In this document: positions 25,709 to 32,000 of the stretch, in pieces
Layout of the letters: the number at the start of each line of letters is the position of its first letter
Position numbering within the stretch: position 1 is the stretch's first letter
Assembly: GCF_017876815.1 (NCBI RefSeq)
Contig: NZ_JAGIOS010000001.1
Location: 2,430,001 to 2,462,000, forward strand
Length of the DNA: 32,000 bases
Direction: 5' to 3'
Origin: Sinorhizobium meliloti
GTDB taxonomy: Bacteria; Pseudomonadota; Alphaproteobacteria; Rhizobiales; Rhizobiaceae
Program-made: the position numbers and the translations under genes
Notes under the pieces: generated by a model
Told to the model about the DNA's origin: nothing
The model's input: the letters and a program-made list of their open reading frames with translations, nothing else
The model's database searches: none

Positions 25709-26377
25709 GCGTCAGGTCCTTTTCTCTCCACCCGCGTTGCGGGCAGCATTGCAGTTTTGCCCGATATGGGCGTGGGGGCAGTTCTCGACAATTGAGGAAA
25801 GGGTCCTGGTTATCGCGACCAGCCGCAGGAAGGAATAACAGCCTCCCCCCGTTGGCCGCCCGGAGTGGGTTGCGTCTCCGGCCCGCTTTTATTCAAGATC
25901 TTCCCGTGTTCGCAGATTGCCCGAACACAGTAAGAGTGATGGGTTTATTTTGAATTGGCAAGCAAAACTTTTCTGACGAGGTATTGCGTCTTCTCATTGC
26001 TCAAAAAGAGGTCAGTTGGTCGTTTTGACTCGCGTATTCAAAAAGCATTGCAAGCTGTTGAATTCAAAGCTTTTCGACCAAAGATTGGGGCGCGGCAGGA
26101 TCATTTGCGCCAAATTCCGTCGCTCATGGGTATGCCGCAACTTTGTGCAGCCTGGTTTCCCGGTCCAAGCGCCTGATATCGCTTGTCGTTCACGCAGCGC
26201 ACTGGTCCGAGGGACCATTGCCTTCATGCCTACAGAAAAACTGCAGGATATATTGCCGGCTCAAGCGAAATTCGCCGTTCCAAGCAAAATTGAGGGGTTT
26301 CGGAGAGTATTAGTAGTATTAACCCGGGCGCCAAGCGCGCGGAGAAATTGCACGGAACGGCTAGCAGAAGCCGCTGT

Positions 26378-27280
26378 TCAGACAGCAGCTTGCGCGGCTT
26401 CGCGACGTTTCTTCGTCAGTTCCGGCACGAGCTCGACCGCAAGCATCGCCAGGAAGATGACGGCGCAGCCGACGTAGCCGACCGGAGTGATGGTCTCGCC
26501 GAGCAGCAGCACCCCGAACAGGGCGGCGAAGAGCGCTTCGCTCGAGAGGAAGATGGCAGCCTGCGGCGCCGTCGTATAGCGTTGGCCTACGACCTGGCAG
26601 ATGAAAGCGATGCCGCTTGAAAAAATGCCGGCGTAGAGGATCTGCGGGAGGGCGCCGTTGATCGCATCGAGGCTCAGCGGCTCGAACAGGCCGGCCAGTA
26701 CGCATCCGGCAACGGCGCAGACGGCGAACTGCGTCATCGACAGGAGCATCGGCCGGCCCGTGGCCGGAGCGAACAAGCCGACCAACATCAGCTGAACCGC
26801 CCAGAACAGGGCGCAGACGATCGTCAGCATGTCTCCGCCGGTCAGCGCCGAGAGCGCGCCGCCGCTCAGGAGAAAGATGCCGAAAGCCGCGAGCAGGGCG
26901 GCCGGCCAGATGACCCAGTGCGGCCGGCGGCGCAGGAACACGACAGTCAGTACCGGCACGAATACCACGTAGAGCCCGGTCAGGAAGCCGGAATTGGTGA
27001 CGGTGGTGGTGAGCAGGCCGTATTGTTGCGTGACGGCTCCGCCGAAAAGCGCCAGTCCGACGAAGACGAAGTTGCGCATGGCGTTTCGCGGCAAGGGCGT
27101 AGCGGCCTGCTTCTTTTCAAGGAGCGCCAAGGGCAGTGCCACGAGTGTCGCGATCGCAAAGCGCAGGCCGATGAACCAGAGCGGTCCGATCGCGTCCATC
27201 GCCGTCGACTGCGCTACGAAGCCCGCACCCCAGATTGCACCGGAGAACAAGAGGAAGAGATTGGCTTGAATGCGAGTCAC
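26378..27280 (-). CDS. DMT-superfamily (EamA-like) transporter
   Basis: 300 aa with about 10 hydrophobic helices and duplicated EamA halves. The start codon at 27280..27278 is GTG, 7 nt after GGAG. Confidence 0.88.
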   Translation of the reverse strand: MTRIQANLFLLFSGAIWGAGFVAQSTAMDAIGPLWFIGLRFAIATLVALPLALLEKKQAATPLPRNAMRNFVFVGLALFGGAVTQQYGLLTTTVTNSGFLTGLYVVFVPVLTVVFLRRRPHWVIWPAALLAAFGIFLLSGGALSALTGGDMLTIVCALFWAVQLMLVGLFAPATGRPMLLSMTQFAVCAVAGCVLAGLFEPLSLDAINGALPQILYAGIFSSGIAFICQVVGQRYTTAPQAAIFLSSEALFAALFGVLLLGETITPVGYVGCAVIFLAMLAVELVPELTKKRREAAQAAV

Positions 27281-27468
27281 CGCTTGGCTCCGGGGTCGTG
27301 GTCCTGCTCACGGGAGGCGCGCGATCTTCGCGCCATATTCCGCGACTTTCGAGAATCACCCCGAAGCCATGTTGCTCAGGTGATTGCGACCTCGCTCTAT
27401 CAGTTGCGATTTTTGCGGGCAAGCCGCTCCGTGTTGCCGTCAGGCCCGACAGCCGTTCCCCAGCGGGC

Positions 27469-28659
27469 TCATTGCGTCGGAGCTTTGGAGACCCTGAGCA
27501 CTGCGCCGTCCTCCTCGTCGGTGACCATGATCAGAGCCCCGTCGGAAGCGACGATGACGTCGCGGATGCGGCCGAATTCTCCGTCGAACAACCGTTCCTC
27601 GTTGGTGACGGCGCCGGTCTCGTCGCGGTCCAGGCGGGCAAGCAACTGGTACTTCAGTGCAGCGATCAAAAGGTCGCCGTTCCACTCCGGAAACATGCTG
27701 CCGCGGTACACGGCGATCGCGCCGGGCGCAATCGATGGGTCCCAATAGAAGAGCGGCTGCTCAAGACCTTCCTTCGCGGTGCCTTCGCCGATCTCGACTC
27801 CGGAGTAATCCTTGCCGAAGGTGATCACCGGCCAGCCGTAATTTTTGCCCGGCTGCGGATTGTTCACCTCGTCGCCGCCGCGCGCGCCGTGCTCGACGGT
27901 CAAGAGCTTGCCGCCTTCGGGGTCGAAGGTGATTCCTTGGGGGTTGCGGTGCCCTATGGACCAGATTTCCGCCAGCCCGCCGGTGCCGCCGCGATAGGGA
28001 TTGGAGGCGGGAATGCTGCCGTCGGCGTTGATGTGGAGGATCGAGCCGGCGTGGTCGCGGGAGTCCTGGGCGCGTTCGCCTTCGCCGCGATCGCCGATGC
28101 CGAAGAACAGGCTGCCGTCCTTGTCGATGGCGATGCGCGACCCGAAGTGCTGCCCCTTCCGGGTGAACTTGTTCATCCGGAAGATCTCCTTCACTTCCGT
28201 CAGGCTCTGCTCGTCCTGCGAAAGAGCCGCCCGCACGAGGACGGTGCCGTAGCCGCCATCACCGCGGACGGAGAGAGTGAGATAGAGTGTCCTGTTCGTT
28301 GCGAATTGCCGATCGAGGGCGACGTCCAGAAGGCCGCCCTGGCCGTGTGCGGCCGCTGTGGGCACCCCCTTGATCGCAGCCGACAGCTTGCCGTCGCGCA
28401 GGATGCGCAGCCGGCCCGGTCGTTCGGTGACGATCAGCGCCCCGTCGGGCATGGCTTCGACCGCCCAGGGATGCTCCAGTCCGGAGGCAAGCGTCTCGAC
28501 GAGGACGGTTCCTGTCTGCGTGGGAAATTCCCGCGTCTCCTGCGCGGCGGCAGGGGACGAGGCGAAGGCGAGAAAGAGCGAGACTGCAGCCGCCATCGGG
28601 AATGGAAATACTGTTGCTATGTCCCTTGAGCCGCCAGCATTCCAGCGCGTGTGCCGCAT
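27469..28659 (-). CDS. PQQ-dependent soluble sugar (glucose/sorbosone) dehydrogenase, YliI/Asd-like beta-propeller
   Basis: Start preferred at ATG 28659 (MRHTRW...AAAVSLFLAFASSPAAAQE signal peptide), 5 nt after GGAGGA. Motifs: 'GLEHPWAVEAMPDGALIVTERPGRLRIL', 'HFGSRIAIDKDGSLFF', 'GHRNPQGITFDP', 'GGDEVN...GKNYGWPVI'. Confidence 0.9.
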   Translation of the reverse strand: MRHTRWNAGGSRDIATVFPFPMAAAVSLFLAFASSPAAAQETREFPTQTGTVLVETLASGLEHPWAVEAMPDGALIVTERPGRLRILRDGKLSAAIKGVPTAAAHGQGGLLDVALDRQFATNRTLYLTLSVRGDGGYGTVLVRAALSQDEQSLTEVKEIFRMNKFTRKGQHFGSRIAIDKDGSLFFGIGDRGEGERAQDSRDHAGSILHINADGSIPASNPYRGGTGGLAEIWSIGHRNPQGITFDPEGGKLLTVEHGARGGDEVNNPQPGKNYGWPVITFGKDYSGVEIGEGTAKEGLEQPLFYWDPSIAPGAIAVYRGSMFPEWNGDLLIAALKYQLLARLDRDETGAVTNEERLFDGEFGRIRDVIVASDGALIMVTDEEDGAVLRVSKAPTQ

Positions 28660-28784
28660 CGCATTCCTCCGGTCCGTCCGTCTGCGAAAATGCATCGTGC
28701 CGTCTCGGAGGTCCGAACGCGCGAGCAACGCACAAACTGGAGCGGCACGCACCGGCCTTCAAGTCAAATCGGATCAAAACGGCT

Positions 28785-29066
28785 TTATCGCACCGACCCT
28801 GTGGTGAGCGGTCCCGGCGCTTCTCGGATCGCCTCGAGGCGCGTCGGCTGGGGTTCGCGTTCCGTCGCGGGAGGATGTCGTGCTTCGTTTCTCTGGAGCA
28901 GGTACTGCGCGACCTCGTCCTTGGCCTTCATGTAGAAGCCTTTACCGACGAGCATCAGGCCGGCAAGGGCGAAAAGGGCGACAATCGCCACGACGACCGT
29001 CTGGATCGCCGACAGTCGTGCGAAGAGGTCGGCGCTCGGCTGCGACCCGTTATCGTTGTCAGCCAT
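28785..29066 (-). CDS. Hypothetical small single-pass membrane protein (93 aa)
   Basis: MADNDNGSQPSADLFARLSAIQTVVVAIVALFALAGLMLVGKGF... has one TM helix. The ATG at 29066 has GAGG 9-12 nt upstream and overlaps the stop of the preceding small ORF by 8 nt (ATGGCTGA). Confidence 0.55.
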   Translation of the reverse strand: MADNDNGSQPSADLFARLSAIQTVVVAIVALFALAGLMLVGKGFYMKAKDEVAQYLLQRNEARHPPATEREPQPTRLEAIREAPGPLTTGSVR

Positions 29067-29256
29067 GGCGCCCGGCCTCGGACTGGACGTGAGCCGTCGC
29101 GGGCTGCTGCCCGATGTCGGCTTGCGTAGTCACCTGCGTCATCAATCCGAGGACCATCACGATGCAGGCCGCAAGTGCGGCGAGCGCGATATAGAACCCC
29201 CAGCGTGCCTCGTTGCGGCGGGTGCGCGAGGCGGCGACTTCATCATCGAGAAACAT
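29059..29256 (-). CDS. Hypothetical small single-pass membrane protein (65 aa)
   Basis: Only the C-terminal part of track ORF 29059..29457 looks coding. ATG 29256 gives MFLDDEVAASRTRRNEARWGFYIALAALAACIVMVLGLMTQV... with one TM helix after a basic stretch. Confidence 0.45.
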   Translation of the reverse strand: MFLDDEVAASRTRRNEARWGFYIALAALAACIVMVLGLMTQVTTQADIGQQPATAHVQSEAGRHG

Positions 29257-29584
29257 AGCATACCCCCAAGATGCCGATGCATCCGCATCGCGAATTGGCG
29301 CTTGGAAATCGGCTCTTGCGGGACGGAATTGCGGCGCGCTGAGACAGTTGTTGTGGCGAAAAAAAGGCACGCTCGGCCGCGAAAAAAGCGCCGGAGTGTC
29401 CGGGCGGAGGCGCGTCGACCGGTGTGCGTCGGCAGCCGCTCGGCCGCATGAGGTCATCCGGTTTCGATCGATCGCTTTGATCGCACCTATGAAACTTTGT
29501 CATGGTGACGCATTTTGCGCTGCCTTGCCGCCGTTTTTCGCCTGAAGCGCTTGCAAGACCGGGCGTCTTTCGACATAGACCTAA

Positions 29585-30856
<1,272 letters not shown>

Positions 30857-30872
30857 TTCTCCTGCAGACCGA

Positions 30873-30910
30873 CATGAAGAAGCCCGCCGTCACCGGCGGG
30901 CTTCTTCATG
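30873..30910. terminator. Bidirectional terminator hairpin between aatA and the convergent oxidoreductase gene
   Basis: CATGAAGAAGCCCGCCG-tcac-CGGCGGGCTTCTTCATG, a 17-bp perfect stem 17 nt after the aatA stop. The flanking T/A content is modest. Confidence 0.75.
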
Positions 30911-30976
30911 TTCAGAGCTTGATTCAGCGATCTGCCAGTCCGATTCAAGCAGCAGTCCTACCCCATTGAAACAGAA

Positions 30977-31843
30977 TCATTTTCGCTTCCGGATCACTTC
31001 GACGACGGCGGAGATGTCGTCGCCGTGGCCGCCACTGTCGACGCGGTCGCCCGCCAGCCGCAACATGGGTCGCATGAAATCGGGGGCGACGCCCTGTTCT
31101 TCGCTTGCCCTAACGATGTTCTCGAGCGCGATCTTCTGCATGGCGATGTTGGAGACGACATCGCGGCCGTGCATGCCGCTGTCGATCTTGCCGGCGAGGT
31201 CGGGCAGGGTACCGCTCATCGCCTCGATCCAGGGCAGGAGCAGCGGCAGGAAGTCGACGGCCTTGCCTCCGGCGCTGGTCACCAGCGCGCTCGCATGCAG
31301 GAAGCCCGAGAAGAGCCCGTACATGCCTGATAGCAGCGCTATGTCGTAGAGCGAAGCCAAACCCTCGTCCTCACCGAGGTGACGGCTTTCGGCAAGGGCT
31401 TCGAGGGCTAAACTGTGCCTATCGAATAGCGCACGCGAGCCGCTGTAAAGGATCAGGGCGCCGGCCCCGCCGATCATCGGCGGGATCGCCATGATCCCCC
31501 CGTCGAGATAGATCGCTCCCCTTGCCGCCAGCCACGTGCCGAGTTCCCTGGCGTCACCCGGCGTGCCGTTCGTCAGGTTGAGGAGGTCACGGCCGGCAAG
31601 CGCCTCCTGCGCCTGTTCCAGGACCGCACGTGCGGCGGGGTAATCGACGAGGCAGAGGATGGTGAGCTCGCTCGCCGCAATTGCTTCGGCCGGGCTTTCC
31701 GCGATCTTCGCACCGGCGCCGGCAAGCGGCTCGGCGCGCGATCGCGTCCGGTTCCAGACTGTGACGGTATGGCCGTTCTTGAGAAGCGTTCGTGCAAGTG
31801 CCGTACCCATGGCGCCCAAGCCGAGAATTGAAATGCTGCTCAT
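30977..31843 (-). CDS. NAD(P)-dependent oxidoreductase (6-phosphogluconate-dehydrogenase-type NAD-binding domain; beta-hydroxyacid dehydrogenase / imine reductase-like)
   Basis: MSSISILGLGAMGTALARTLLKNGHTVTVWNRT... Rossmann GxGxxG. ATG 31843 is preferred; the track start 31867 abuts the upstream stop and is also possible. Confidence 0.85.
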   Translation of the reverse strand: MSSISILGLGAMGTALARTLLKNGHTVTVWNRTRSRAEPLAGAGAKIAESPAEAIAASELTILCLVDYPAARAVLEQAQEALAGRDLLNLTNGTPGDARELGTWLAARGAIYLDGGIMAIPPMIGGAGALILYSGSRALFDRHSLALEALAESRHLGEDEGLASLYDIALLSGMYGLFSGFLHASALVTSAGGKAVDFLPLLLPWIEAMSGTLPDLAGKIDSGMHGRDVVSNIAMQKIALENIVRASEEQGVAPDFMRPMLRLAGDRVDSGGHGDDISAVVEVIRKRK

Positions 31844-31867
31844 TGATTGTACCTTTCTCGAAATCAT

Positions 31868-32000
<133 letters not shown>

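Noticed and set aside
25955-26477. ORFs 25955..26176(+), 26012..26227(-) and 26016..26477(+) in the AT-rich cspA upstream region.
   Set aside because: They have non-ATG or SD-less starts, codon composition unlike the rest of the window, and no recognisable family. One runs antisense into the DMT transporter 3' end.

Overview
High-GC alphaproteobacterial chromosome. By recognition only (no search run), the gene order and the AatA, Prs and YchF-like proteins look like Rhizobiaceae, closest to Sinorhizobium/Ensifer. I can support about 34 protein-coding genes, nearly all conserved housekeeping or envelope functions. In order: two MaoC hot-dog genes; ychF; clpS; pth; rplY; benE-like transporter; GAF/Fis-HTH regulator + aldehyde dehydrogenase + DUF779; PEP-mutase/isocitrate-lyase-family enzyme; prs; a lipoprotein; the lgt - MidA-like methyltransferase - pgeF - M24 peptidase run; ubiK; ybjN-like + proC; CsaA-like tRNA-binding protein; MarR - OmpR-type response regulator - EnvZ-type kinase; small glycine-rich membrane protein; SH3b/DUF1236 protein; MBL hydrolase; BA14K protein; cspA; DMT transporter; PQQ-dependent sugar dehydrogenase; two overlapping small membrane-protein ORFs; aatA; two oxidoreductases. 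I found no rRNA, tRNA, CRISPR array, transposase, integrase, phage gene or recognisable defence or toxin-antitoxin module. Many long ORFs in the track are antisense or out-of-frame shadow ORFs typical of high-GC DNA, and several real genes start well inside the track ORF; revised starts are given. I do not see a clear novel multi-gene system, so this reads as an ordinary core region. The items most worth a second look are: (1) an AcoR-like regulator that lacks the sigma-54 AAA+ module, next to aldehyde dehydrogenase and DUF779; (2) a translationally coupled pair of small single-pass membrane proteins upstream of the PQQ dehydrogenase; (3) two unusually long, lower-GC, ORF-poor intergenic regions (17155-17631 and 25709-26377) that could hold ncRNAs or long leaders; (4) a perfect 8-bp-arm palindrome at the MarR gene that also argues for a shorter MarR; (5) an unannotated 51-aa membrane ORF; (6) a strongly structured spacer with two long hairpins; (7) REP/RIME-like composite palindromic elements that generate spurious ORFs.
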